Origin: a candidate division WOR-3 bacterium
Lineage (GTDB): Bacteria > SDB-A
NCBI GenBank assembly: GCA_016926475.1
Contig: JAFGON010000023.1
Coordinates: forward strand, 559-64,558
DNA length: 64,000 bases
Reading direction: 5' to 3'
A program made the translations under genes and the position numbers. The notes beneath the pieces were generated by a model. It saw nothing but the letters and a program-made list of their open reading frames with translations. It did not search any database and was not told the origin of the DNA. Positions 9,744 through 18,850 of the stretch are shown one piece after another. Within the stretch, counting starts at the first letter, position 1; each line of letters opens with the position of its first letter.

Positions 9744-9772
9744 TTGACACGGGATTTACCAAGAAATAAAAT
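9744..9772 (+). promoter_or_regulatory. sigma70-type promoter (TTGACA-17 nt-TAAAAT) for the ACT-domain gene
   Basis: Consensus -35 and a near-consensus -10 with 17-nt spacing, about 22 nt upstream of the RBS aaaggatg. Confidence 0.45.
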
Positions 9773-9794
9773 AGTCAATTTCAAAGGATGTGAA

Positions 9795-10202
9795 ATGAAT
9801 TCAAAGACAGCGATACAATACACGATTTTTCTGGAACACAAAGCCGGCGCTATGGAGAAAATTGTCAGTAAACTTAAATCCGAAGGCATACAGATTATGG
9901 CTCTTTCCGGCAGCGGGTCTGTTGACGGAGGCCTTTTAAAAATAGTCATCGAAAAGGACACCGACCGCGTGAACGCGATATTCAAAACCATGAACGTTTT
10001 CCCCATGTCCGTACCTGTTATCGTGCTCAGAATAGACAAAAAATCCCCGGTAGACATGAACTATGTACTTCAGCTTCTCGCTTCCAACGAAATAAACCTT
10101 CTGTCGATTAATTGGAGTGATTGCCCGGAAAACAGCTTTGTCTGCATGTCTGTAATACCAGACAAATTCGACATGACCATGAAGATTCTCGAAGAAATAT
10201 GA
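9795..10202 (+). CDS. ACT-domain protein (small regulatory ligand-binding fold); start chosen at the ATG behind the AAAGGA RBS rather than the ORF-track start at 9708
   Basis: Two beta-alpha-beta-beta-alpha-beta-like halves (QYTIFLEHKAGAMEKIVSKLKSEGIQIMALS…). RBS present. Confidence 0.4.
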   Translation: MNSKTAIQYTIFLEHKAGAMEKIVSKLKSEGIQIMALSGSGSVDGGLLKIVIEKDTDRVNAIFKTMNVFPMSVPVIVLRIDKKSPVDMNYVLQLLASNEINLLSINWSDCPENSFVCMSVIPDKFDMTMKILEEI

Positions 10203-10885
10203 ATTTACTTTTTTTGACTTTCCTCCTGTTTTCAAAGGTGAACTTCATTCAGCCTGATATAACATGGCAAGACGCATTATCTCTGACAAAATCGAAAATC
10301 AAAGACAGTGTTTTTCTTCTCATAGGCGATTCCATGATAGGCGGAGCAGTCGGTTTTTTTCTGTCCGGAGATCTTAAATCCGAGGGAGCGAGTGACGTCA
10401 TCGTCGATTACCATGTTTCGAGCGGACTCTCAAGACCTGATTTTTACAATTGGGATGAAAGGCTTTCTGAGCTTAACGCGATGTATGACTTCGACTACGC
10501 TTTTGTCTTTCTCGGAGCCAATGACAATCAGCCCCTTCACAGATACGGTTCAGGATGGATTGGATACCACACCGAAGAGTGGTTCAGGGAATATCACTCT
10601 CGAGTCGGGTCTATGATGGACGCTCTTCTACGAAAAGCCGAAAAAGTTTACTGGATAGGGTTGCCGCGAATGGCGAGCTCAGAATTCGATGCCGGCACAA
10701 AAGAACTAAACGAGATCTACGAACAAGAAGCGAAAAAAAGACCGCGTGTAATATATATCTCTTCCTATGATCTGCTTGAAGGTAAAAACCAAAGTTTTTC
10801 GGAGTTGAGAACAGAAGACGGATGCCATCTCACGAGCGAAGGCGCAAGGTTGCTCGTGGAAAAGATTATGGAGACTATAAATTAA
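10199..10885 (+). CDS. SGNH/GDSL-family hydrolase (DUF459-like), secreted
   Basis: Start overlaps the previous stop (ATGA). Signal peptide MNLLFLTFLLFS. LLIGDSMIGG (GDS-x block I) and FLGANDN (block III). Confidence 0.5.
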   Translation: MNLLFLTFLLFSKVNFIQPDITWQDALSLTKSKIKDSVFLLIGDSMIGGAVGFFLSGDLKSEGASDVIVDYHVSSGLSRPDFYNWDERLSELNAMYDFDYAFVFLGANDNQPLHRYGSGWIGYHTEEWFREYHSRVGSMMDALLRKAEKVYWIGLPRMASSEFDAGTKELNEIYEQEAKKRPRVIYISSYDLLEGKNQSFSELRTEDGCHLTSEGARLLVEKIMETIN

Positions 10886-12081
10886 CCCTTTCTTTTCTCA
10901 AGGGTTTTAACAATTTCAGGCACAATTTCAAAAAGATCGCCAATTATGGCGTAATCAGCGATTTTCATTATCGGAGCGTCTTTGTCCTTGTTTATAGCCA
11001 CTATGCAGTCCGATGACTGCATTCCGACGAGATGCTGAATAGCGCCGGATATTCCGACGGCGACGTAAAGCTTCGGAGCGACAGTTCTTCCAGTCTGCCC
11101 GACTTGATGTGAATGCGCAATCCATCCTTCATCAACAGGAGGTCTTGAAGAACCTACGGCTCCCCCGAGGTTGTTTGCAAGTTTCTCAATTAGAGAAAAG
11201 TTTTCGGGTGCTTTTATTCCTCTTCCGCCTGAAACGATTATATCGGCATTGTCCAGCCTCAACAAAGAGGTTTCCTCTTTTATGATTCCTAAAAACTGGA
11301 CAGGGTCGTTTAAGATTTGAGCGGAAACATCAAACTCGACCACGTTCGGCTTTTTCGTTGTATCTGGGGTTTTCTTTCTCATCACCCTGGGCCTGACAGT
11401 CGCCATTTGAGGGCGGGTGTTCGGCGTCATTATCGTCGCCATTATCGAGCCTCCCCAAGCTGGTCTTGTCTGCAAGAGGTGCCTGTCAGGCATTTCGACT
11501 TCAAGATGCGTGCAATCCGCGGTGAGTCCAGTCTGAAGCCTTACGGCTACTCTGGATAAAAGAGGTCTTCCCTGCGAGGTCGACCCCGCGAGGACGACTT
11601 CAGGCTTTTCGTTCTCAATAAGATCATAAAGGCTCCGGGCTCTCGGCCCTATCACCGGCTTACGGAGAATCTCTCCTTTAATTATCACGATTTTATCTGC
11701 TCCGTAAGAAGCGAGAGCTTCAATGTCTTTGTCAGGGGCTCCACCGAAAACTACCGCTGTGACAGGAACCTTCAGGACCCCGGCCAACTCACTGCCTTTG
11801 CTGACAAGCTCGTATGAAACTTGGGCGATTTTATCTTCTTCCTCTTCGGTAACTACCATTACTCCCCTGTATTGATCGAAATCTTTCTGAGTTGTGCTGG
11901 TTTTGTGAACCCTGACAATGGCTCCAGTCGGGCATTTTTCGACGCAAATCCCGCATAGGGTGCACAATTCAAAATCAATTTCCGGAAGGTTGTCTTCGTT
12001 CATCTTTATTGCTTTAACAGGACAGACATTTACACACACTGAACAGGAAACGCATCTTTTTTCGATTATTTTAAGGCTCAT
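10882..12081 (-). CDS. etfA: electron transfer flavoprotein alpha subunit with an N-terminal 2x[4Fe-4S] ferredoxin domain (FixB-type)
   Basis: CVSCSVCVNVCP and CTLCGICVEKCP cluster motifs, followed by an ETF-alpha FAD-binding C-terminal domain. Confidence 0.75.
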   Translation of the reverse strand: MSLKIIEKRCVSCSVCVNVCPVKAIKMNEDNLPEIDFELCTLCGICVEKCPTGAIVRVHKTSTTQKDFDQYRGVMVVTEEEEDKIAQVSYELVSKGSELAGVLKVPVTAVVFGGAPDKDIEALASYGADKIVIIKGEILRKPVIGPRARSLYDLIENEKPEVVLAGSTSQGRPLLSRVAVRLQTGLTADCTHLEVEMPDRHLLQTRPAWGGSIMATIMTPNTRPQMATVRPRVMRKKTPDTTKKPNVVEFDVSAQILNDPVQFLGIIKEETSLLRLDNADIIVSGGRGIKAPENFSLIEKLANNLGGAVGSSRPPVDEGWIAHSHQVGQTGRTVAPKLYVAVGISGAIQHLVGMQSSDCIVAINKDKDAPIMKIADYAIIGDLFEIVPEIVKTLEKRKG

Positions 12082-12092
12082 GGCATCTCCAT

Positions 12093-12878
12093 TTAAATTA
12101 TGTGCCGTTCAGACAAAATTTCGACGATTCTTTCAGCTTGGGATTCTGGTTCGCCTTCGATAAACAGCACTTCTCCGCCGACTTCGGGAGTGAATATTTT
12201 TACGACTTGAGTGGGACTCCCCTTCAGTCCGAGCATGCTTGTGTCGGCGTCGACATCTTCGGGAGACCAAACGGGGATTATCTCTTTTCTAGCCCTCATT
12301 TTATTCCTCAGTGAAGGCATTCTCGGTTCGCCTATGCCTTTGCCAACCGAAATGACCGCGGGAAAATGTACGGACAATTCTATGTATCCCTCCTCGGTCA
12401 TAGCTCTGACTTTCAAGCCATTTTCGTCAATTCCGTCAAAGCCGTTGACATCCGTTATAACCGGATACTCAAGATGCTGTGCTATGCCTGGTCCCACCTG
12501 CGCGGTGTCTCCGTCTATAGCCTGTCTTCCAGTTATTATCAGGTCGACATTTCCAACCTGCTTGATTCCCTTTGAAAGAGCGTAAGACGTCGCCAGAGTG
12601 TCAGAGCCGGCAAAATCTTTGGAACTGAGCAAAACAGCGTTGTCGACACCCATGGAAATAACTTCTCTCAAAGCATCTTCTGCTTGAGGGGGACCCATCG
12701 ATATTGCTGTCACCGAAGCTTCTATTTTGTCTTTAATTTTCAACGCCGCTTCGACAGCGTAAAGGTCAAAAGGGTTTACAACGGCGTCCACACCGGTCCT
12801 CACTATTGTGTAGGTCTCCGGGTCTACTTTTGATTGAGATATGTCCGGAACTTGCTTGACGCAGACAACAATTTTCAA
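12093..12878 (-). CDS. etfB: electron transfer flavoprotein beta subunit (FixA-type)
   Basis: MKIVVCVKQVPD… is the typical ETF-beta N-terminus. Sits immediately upstream of etfA. Confidence 0.75.
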   Translation of the reverse strand: MKIVVCVKQVPDISQSKVDPETYTIVRTGVDAVVNPFDLYAVEAALKIKDKIEASVTAISMGPPQAEDALREVISMGVDNAVLLSSKDFAGSDTLATSYALSKGIKQVGNVDLIITGRQAIDGDTAQVGPGIAQHLEYPVITDVNGFDGIDENGLKVRAMTEEGYIELSVHFPAVISVGKGIGEPRMPSLRNKMRARKEIIPVWSPEDVDADTSMLGLKGSPTQVVKIFTPEVGGEVLFIEGEPESQAERIVEILSERHII

Positions 12879-12999
12879 AGAACCTCCATTCCAACCAAGA
12901 TCATGAAGTAAACTCTCTCATCACTTCGGATATCCCTGTCTCTATCCCGAACTTATAATTCTTGATGGCTTATTGTCTGTTTAAATAGACTTAAACCTT

Positions 13000-14241
13000 T
13001 TACTTTCCTTCATATTTTTTGAAAAGAATAGAGACATTATGCCCCCCAAAACCGAATGAATTTGAAAGGACATAGTTTAAATCAATTTTTCTGTTTCCTT
13101 CCGGAGCGTAGTCGAGGTCACATTCAGGGTCTGGATTCGTGAGATTTAACGTTCTGTGAATTATCCCTTCTTTTATGGATTGCGCTACGACAGCCGCTTC
13201 CATGGCAGATGCCGCTCCGAGGAGGTGTCCGGTCATAGATTTTGTCGAGATAATCGGGATTTCCTGAGATCTTTTGCCAAGGGCAATTTTTATGGCTTTT
13301 GTCTCTATTTTGTCGTTGTAAGGAGTGCTAGTGCCGTGGGCGTTTACATGGTCTATTTGTTCTGGTTTTATTCCTGCGTCTTTCAAAGCGAATTTCATCG
13401 CCATAGCGGGTCCTTCTCCTGTCTCATCTGGAGCTGTCATGTGAAATGCGTCGTCTGTTTGACCCGCCCCAACAATTTCGCAGTAGATATTCGCGCCTCT
13501 CGCTTTAGCTCTCTCGTATTCCTCGAGTACGAGAAGCGTCGAGCCTTCTGACATAATGAATCCGTCTCGTTCTTTGTCGAATGGCCTGCTTGCTGTTTGC
13601 GGATCGTCGTTTCTCGTAGAAAGAGCTTTCATTATTGAAAAACCCGCGACCGAAAGTGGTGTTACGGAGCTCTCGGATCCACCTGTTACCATTATTTCCG
13701 CTTCACCTCTCTGCACTATTCTGTAAGCTGAGACCAAAGCGTGGCCGGAAGAAGCGCAGGCGCTTGAAACAGAGTAATTTGGCCCTTTGAGGCCAAACCT
13801 TATCGCCACCATTCCCGACGCCATATTGATTATCATCATCGGAATAAAAAACGGGGAGACCTTGTCAGGTCCTTTGTTTAAAAGGTTTTTATGCTGTTCT
13901 TCCCACGTTTTATTCCCCCCTATGCCGGATGATATAATCGATCCAACCATGAAACTGTCGACGCTGGAAAGGTCTATGCCCGAATCGGTTATTGCTTCGT
14001 TTGCAGCATATATCGCGAATTGAATATACGGATCCATTCTTCGGACATCTTTCTTGTCAAGAACCGAGGAAGGGTCAAAGTCTTTTACTTCTCCGGCAAT
14101 TTTCACAGACAAACCGCTTGTGTCAAATTTCTGTATGGCCGTAACTCCTGAGGTTCCTTCGAGAAGCTTTTGCCAAGTGGTTTTGAAATCGTTCGCCAGA
14201 GGATTGACCGTTCCCAAACCTGTTATTACAACTCGTTTCAT
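13000..14241 (-). CDS. fabF: 3-oxoacyl-ACP synthase II
   Basis: KAS II motifs (SACASSGHA, HGTSTPYND, NSFGFGGHN). Confidence 0.85.
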   Translation of the reverse strand: MKRVVITGLGTVNPLANDFKTTWQKLLEGTSGVTAIQKFDTSGLSVKIAGEVKDFDPSSVLDKKDVRRMDPYIQFAIYAANEAITDSGIDLSSVDSFMVGSIISSGIGGNKTWEEQHKNLLNKGPDKVSPFFIPMMIINMASGMVAIRFGLKGPNYSVSSACASSGHALVSAYRIVQRGEAEIMVTGGSESSVTPLSVAGFSIMKALSTRNDDPQTASRPFDKERDGFIMSEGSTLLVLEEYERAKARGANIYCEIVGAGQTDDAFHMTAPDETGEGPAMAMKFALKDAGIKPEQIDHVNAHGTSTPYNDKIETKAIKIALGKRSQEIPIISTKSMTGHLLGAASAMEAAVVAQSIKEGIIHRTLNLTNPDPECDLDYAPEGNRKIDLNYVLSNSFGFGGHNVSILFKKYEGK

Positions 14242-14271
14242 CTATACTGCCTTTTTTTCAAATATGAAATA

Positions 14272-14562
14272 TTACTCTTCTTCTTCTCCGTCTTTTGCAG
14301 GTTTGTCTCCTTTTTCAGCGAGAGCCTTTTCGAGATAATCAATCGAATCGCCTACTGTTTCAAGTTTTTCCGCGTCTTCATCGGGAATATCAATGTCAAA
14401 TTTTTCTTCAAAAGCCATAATTAGCTCCACCAGGTCAAGTGAATCCGCTCCGAGATCCTTTACATACTTAGAATCCAACGTCACCTGGGCGTCGTCTACA
14501 CCGAGTCTTTCGACTATTATTTTTTTCACTTCTTTCTCTAAGCTTGTTCTGTCGAGTGCCAT
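14272..14562 (-). CDS. acpP: acyl carrier protein with an ~18-aa acidic C-terminal extension
   Basis: [17 protein letters not shown] carries the phosphopantetheine-attachment Ser in a DSL context. The tail is [18 protein letters not shown]. Confidence 0.8.
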   Translation of the reverse strand: MALDRTSLEKEVKKIIVERLGVDDAQVTLDSKYVKDLGADSLDLVELIMAFEEKFDIDIPDEDAEKLETVGDSIDYLEKALAEKGDKPAKDGEEEE

Positions 14563-14582
14563 AATAACCTCCTCTAAATAAT

Positions 14583-15335
14583 TTACATCGCCAGGCCGCC
14601 GTCTATTCTTATCGTCTCTCCAGTCACATATGAAGATTCATCACTCACGAGAAAAGAGACGACGTCGGCGACATCTTTAGGCGCGCCGAATTTTCGCGCC
14701 GGTATATTTTCCATATATGTTTTTTTTACTTCTTCTGGAAGCTTCATCGTCATTTCTGACTCTATGAAACCCGGGCAGACTGCGTTTACAGTTATACCTT
14801 TTGAAGCTACCTCCTTTGCTGTCGATTTTGTCAAGCCTATAAGCCCTGCTTTTGAAGAGGCGTAGTTCGCCTGTCCGGCATTGCCAAAAAGCCCTATCAC
14901 AGAAGAAATATTGACTATTCTGCCGTATTTATTTCTTATCATCTGCCTGATGACCGCCTTGGTGCACACGAAAGCGCCCAACAGATTTACTTCCAATACT
15001 TTTTTGAAATCATCCGCCGACATTTTCATGATGAGATTGTCCCTGGTTATACCGGCGTTGTTGACGAGAATTGCGACGTTTTCCCCTCTGTCGCCAATGA
15101 TTTTCACGGCTTCTTCACAGGACTTTTCATCCGTTATATCGACTTTTGTGAAATCGCACATCGCCGGCAAGGCTTTCATGTCTTCCGCGGTTTTTTTGCC
15201 TTCCTCCTCCAAAACATCCCATATATATACTTTATGTCCTTTCAGACAAAGATTTTTTACTATCTCTTTTCCTATCCCTCTCGCTCCGCCTGTGACTACC
15301 GCCACTAATTTTTTTTCATCCATTTCAGCCCCCAA
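14583..15335 (-). CDS. fabG: 3-oxoacyl-ACP reductase (SDR)
   Basis: TGGARGIGK Rossmann motif and the YASSKAG catalytic motif. Confidence 0.8.
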   Translation of the reverse strand: MGAEMDEKKLVAVVTGGARGIGKEIVKNLCLKGHKVYIWDVLEEEGKKTAEDMKALPAMCDFTKVDITDEKSCEEAVKIIGDRGENVAILVNNAGITRDNLIMKMSADDFKKVLEVNLLGAFVCTKAVIRQMIRNKYGRIVNISSVIGLFGNAGQANYASSKAGLIGLTKSTAKEVASKGITVNAVCPGFIESEMTMKLPEEVKKTYMENIPARKFGAPKDVADVVSFLVSDESSYVTGETIRIDGGLAM

Positions 15336-16254
15336 ATTCTTTTATAAATTCTTTTACGCTGTTAGTGTCTGAAATGCAAATTGTTTGGATGTCTTTTTCT
15401 GTTTTTTTAACAAGAGACGACAAAACGGGTTTTGTCGAAAATTCCAAAGTCTCCGTAACATCCTTCTCTTTGAAAAATTTAACGGTCTGCATCCATTTGA
15501 CAGGTCCGGTCATTTGCCCTTTCATCGCTTCTCGAATTTCTTGCGGTGAAGAAATCGGTTTTGCGCTGATGTTTGCGATTACAGGTTTTTCTGCTTTTTC
15601 AATTTGTGCTTCCGAAACGACGTCCGAAAACACTTTTGCCGCATCTTCCATCAAAGGAGAATGAAAAGCCGCTGAGACCTCGAGGAAAACGCATCTTTTG
15701 GCGCCTTTTTCCTTGCATTTACCGACAGCTTTTTCGACAGCATCGCTCTCCCCGCTTATCACCACCTGAGAAAGGCTGTTGTAGTTCGCTGGCACGACAA
15801 TTCCCTGGATTTCTGCGCAGATGTCTTCGATTTCCTTATCACTGAGCCCGACAATCGCCGCCATCTTTCCGGGGCGTCTGCCCCCGGCTTCACTCATCAA
15901 TTCGCCGCGCTTTCTGACTATTTTAAGTGCAGTGTCGAAACTTATTGCTCCTGAAGCGGCGTAAGCAGTGTATTCTCCGAGGCTGTGACCTGCCAGAAAC
16001 TCATATTCTTTCATAAAATCTTTGACGAGGCTGTAAAGGCAAAATGAATGTAGGAATAGAGCGGGTTGAGTGTTTTTAGATTCGGTTAATAAGTCTGGGG
16101 GACCCTCAAACATAATTTTCGAAAGGTCGAAACCGAGTATTTCGTTCGAAAGTTCGAAAAGTTCACGGGCTTTCTGAAAATCTGCGAACAGGTCTTTTCC
16201 CATTCCGACTTGTTGTGCGCCTTGTCCGACAAATATCAAAGCGGTATTGCTCAT
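15325..16254 (-). CDS. fabD: malonyl-CoA:ACP transacylase
   Basis: GHSLGEY active-site motif. Canonical position between plsX and fabG. Confidence 0.8.
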   Translation of the reverse strand: MSNTALIFVGQGAQQVGMGKDLFADFQKARELFELSNEILGFDLSKIMFEGPPDLLTESKNTQPALFLHSFCLYSLVKDFMKEYEFLAGHSLGEYTAYAASGAISFDTALKIVRKRGELMSEAGGRRPGKMAAIVGLSDKEIEDICAEIQGIVVPANYNSLSQVVISGESDAVEKAVGKCKEKGAKRCVFLEVSAAFHSPLMEDAAKVFSDVVSEAQIEKAEKPVIANISAKPISSPQEIREAMKGQMTGPVKWMQTVKFFKEKDVTETLEFSTKPVLSSLVKKTEKDIQTICISDTNSVKEFIKEFGG

Positions 16255-17201
16255 TGTCCTTCTTTTCTAAACTTGCTTTCCAAAACTTCTTTTATCTTTT
16301 GAGAATAGGTTTTTTTCACTGTTTCAAGTCCGTTTTTGACTCCCAGCGGCGAGGTCTTGCCGTGGCCTATAAAAACAATCCCGTTGACGCCTATCAGAGG
16401 AGCCGCACCGTATTCCTCGGAAGTCAGCTTTCTTGCCATTTCAGACGGAATCTGGACAGTCTTGCCGAAAAAAGAGTTTAAAAACTCTATCATGCTCTCT
16501 GCGAATTTCAGAATAATGTTTCCGACAAAACCGTCGACGACGACTACATCGGCTTTGCCCTTAAAAATATCCCCTCCTTCGATGTTTCCGATGAAATTCA
16601 AATCGCTTTTTTCGAAAAGCTTGTACGCTTGAAGAGTCTGTTCGTTTCCTTTGGAAGGCTCTTCCCCTATTGACAAAAGTGCCACTTTGGGGGTCTTGAC
16701 ATCGTAGAGTTTTGAATAATAGACAGACCCCATCTGTCCAAACTGCCTCAACAAAGGGGGTTTGCAGTCGACATTCGCCCCGCTGTCGATAATCAGGGTG
16801 GGCTTTGACATGGTAGGGAAAAAACATGCCAGAGCCGGTCTCAAGATGTGTTTTATCCGGCCTAGGTTGACAAGTGCAAAAGCCATCACCACTCCTGTGT
16901 TTCCCACGGAGAAGAAAGCGTCCGCTTTTCCTTTTTTATGAAGGTTTAAACCGACGCTTATGGACGAGTTTGTTTTAGTTTTCAGGGCTTCGGAAGGAAT
17001 GATGTTCATGTCGACGGAATCCTTTGACTCGATGAATTGAAGCCTTTTATCTTTAAGTATCCAAGAATTCGCGTCCAGAACTTCTTTCTCGCCGACTAGA
17101 ATTACTTGGTCGTCTTGAGTTGAATCAACAAACAATTTAACGCCTTCGACGATAGGAGCGAATCCTTCGTCTCCTCCCATTGCGTCTATGGCAATTATCA
17201 T
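16251..17201 (-). CDS. plsX: phosphate acyltransferase PlsX (start moved to the internal ATG that overlaps the rpmF stop)
   Basis: MIIAIDAMGGDEGF matches the conserved PlsX N-terminus. The ORF-track extension upstream reads through rpmF in another frame. Confidence 0.75.
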   Translation of the reverse strand: MIIAIDAMGGDEGFAPIVEGVKLFVDSTQDDQVILVGEKEVLDANSWILKDKRLQFIESKDSVDMNIIPSEALKTKTNSSISVGLNLHKKGKADAFFSVGNTGVVMAFALVNLGRIKHILRPALACFFPTMSKPTLIIDSGANVDCKPPLLRQFGQMGSVYYSKLYDVKTPKVALLSIGEEPSKGNEQTLQAYKLFEKSDLNFIGNIEGGDIFKGKADVVVVDGFVGNIILKFAESMIEFLNSFFGKTVQIPSEMARKLTSEEYGAAPLIGVNGIVFIGHGKTSPLGVKNGLETVKKTYSQKIKEVLESKFRKEGQ

Positions 17202-17389
17202 CCCTTGTTTTCCTCTTTTATTTTTATGATTTCTTTGTTGTCGTAATATCCGCAATTTCTACAAACACTGTGCGGGAGATTTAAACTACCGCATTTCCTG
17301 CATTTTGTCAAAGCAGGCAACTGAGCCTTCCAGTGTGTTCTTCTCTTTTTCCCTCTTGTCGAAGACTGCCTTTTTTTAGGGAGAGCCAT
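17198..17389 (-). CDS. rpmF: 50S ribosomal protein L32
   Basis: MALPKKRQSSTRGKKRRTHWK…CRKCG…CRNCGYY. A GGAGG RBS sits 5 nt upstream of this ATG, and the longer ORF-track start lies inside that RBS. Confidence 0.8.
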   Translation of the reverse strand: MALPKKRQSSTRGKKRRTHWKAQLPALTKCRKCGSLNLPHSVCRNCGYYDNKEIIKIKEENKG

Positions 17390-17429
17390 TTTTTCCTCCA
17401 ATCAAACTTTTCAGCGCTTAGGTTTAGAT

Positions 17430-17909
17430 TTACTTTGCGTTGACCTCGCAAGAGCAGGGTCCTCTGTTTAAATTTTCACCACACACCGGACAGAGCCCTT
17501 TGCAGTCTTCGCTGCAAAGGTATCTCATCCCCTCGTCCAGAATAATCATATCTCTTATCACGTTGGTCAAGTCTATAATTTTATCTTTTATCGGTATCAC
17601 GCCTTCGTCTTCTACGAACCTTTCACTATCCGAAACAACAGCTTCTGCTTTCTCAGCCAACTCGGTCTTTTTTAAGAACCGATCCAGGCATCTTGCACAA
17701 GTCATCTCTCTTTCGTAAGAAACCTTGAGAGTGACCTGGGCGCTGTTTCTGCCGGGTAAAATTTTCACGTAGAACAAGGCTTTTTTCAAGCCTTCTATCG
17801 AAAAATCCGCAACCGGTAAGTCGCCCTCTCTTTCGAAAGGTTTGTCGTCGGTTAAATCTATTTTAAACCTGAGAATCCTTTCTTTGGATTCATCTTTGCT
17901 TTTTTTCAT
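17430..17909 (-). CDS. yceD: DUF177/YceD-family protein (23S rRNA accumulation)
   Basis: C-terminal CxxC…CPVCGENLNRGPCSC motif. Conserved position upstream of rpmF. Confidence 0.7.
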   Translation of the reverse strand: MKKSKDESKERILRFKIDLTDDKPFEREGDLPVADFSIEGLKKALFYVKILPGRNSAQVTLKVSYEREMTCARCLDRFLKKTELAEKAEAVVSDSERFVEDEGVIPIKDKIIDLTNVIRDMIILDEGMRYLCSEDCKGLCPVCGENLNRGPCSCEVNAK

Positions 17910-18850
17910 TTTTCCAGTATTGTCCCTGTTTTTCCGTTGAAAGCTTCCCTCGCTTTGTCCAGATCGGTTATTATAACTTTCTTCCCTCCTTTTTCAAGGA
18001 AATCTATGGCGGCTTCAATTTTTGGACCCATGCTTCCCGGAGGGAACTGCCCTTCAAAGAGGTATTTTTTCGCTGTCCCAATATCCAGCCTGTCGAGGAA
18101 TTTTTCTCCCTGTTTCCTGAAATTTATTGCGACCTTTTCGACACCTGTTAAAATGACGAGAAGTTCAGCTCCAATTTCCGCGCCGAGAACAGCTGAAGCC
18201 CTGTCTTTGTCGATAACCGCGTCCATCCCTTCAAGGGCTCCGTTTTCAAGATAATAGACGGGTATCCCTCCGCCGCCGGCTGCGATGACTATTCCTCCCT
18301 TGTTTATTATCGACAATATGGCGTCCTTCTCAACAACCGAGAGCGGCTTGGGTGAAGGGACAACTCTTCTGTATCCCCTGCCGGAGTCTTCTTTCACAAC
18401 CCATCCTCTCGCTTCAAGAGATGGAACATCTTCTTTCCGGTAAAAAACACCTACCGGTTTTGTCGGGTTTTTTATGGAAGGGTCGTCCGGCGAGACAATG
18501 ATTTGCGTGACAATGGGAGTCACGGTCTTTTTTATGTTTTCTTTCAGCAGCCTGTTGTAGAGAGACTGCGCTATCATGTATCCTATCCATCCCTGCGTCG
18601 AAGCGTCGATGACACCCAGAGGCTGAGGGGGTATTTCATCGGCGCACCTTTCGTTTCTCAAAAGCTCATGCCCCGCTTGAGGACCGTTTCCGTGGGTGAT
18701 CACTGGGCTGTATCCGTTTTCAATCAAATGAATTATTCCGGAAAGGCTTGCTCTAGTGTTCGCGAATTGCTCATAAATCGTGCCTTTTTGCCCTTCCCTT
18801 ATCAGAGCGTTTCCGCCGAGGGCGACTATCGCTATCGGTTTATCCGTCAT
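17906..18850 (-). CDS. arcC: carbamate kinase
   Basis: IVALGGNALI…HGNGPQAG matches carbamate kinase (amino-acid kinase fold). Its stop overlaps the yceD start by 4 nt. Confidence 0.75.
   Translation of the reverse strand: MTDKPIAIVALGGNALIREGQKGTIYEQFANTRASLSGIIHLIENGYSPVITHGNGPQAGHELLRNERCADEIPPQPLGVIDASTQGWIGYMIAQSLYNRLLKENIKKTVTPIVTQIIVSPDDPSIKNPTKPVGVFYRKEDVPSLEARGWVVKEDSGRGYRRVVPSPKPLSVVEKDAILSIINKGGIVIAAGGGGIPVYYLENGALEGMDAVIDKDRASAVLGAEIGAELLVILTGVEKVAINFRKQGEKFLDRLDIGTAKKYLFEGQFPPGSMGPKIEAAIDFLEKGGKKVIITDLDKAREAFNGKTGTILEK

Noticed and set aside
9708-9794. N-terminal extension of the ACT-domain ORF (start at 9708)
   Set aside because: The extension covers the predicted sigma70 promoter (9744-9772). 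The ATG at 9795 has the RBS.
17390-17401. Longer rpmF start (MEEKMALP…)
   Set aside because: The first ATG is embedded in the GGAGG Shine-Dalgarno of the second ATG. L32 homologues begin MA(L/V)PK.
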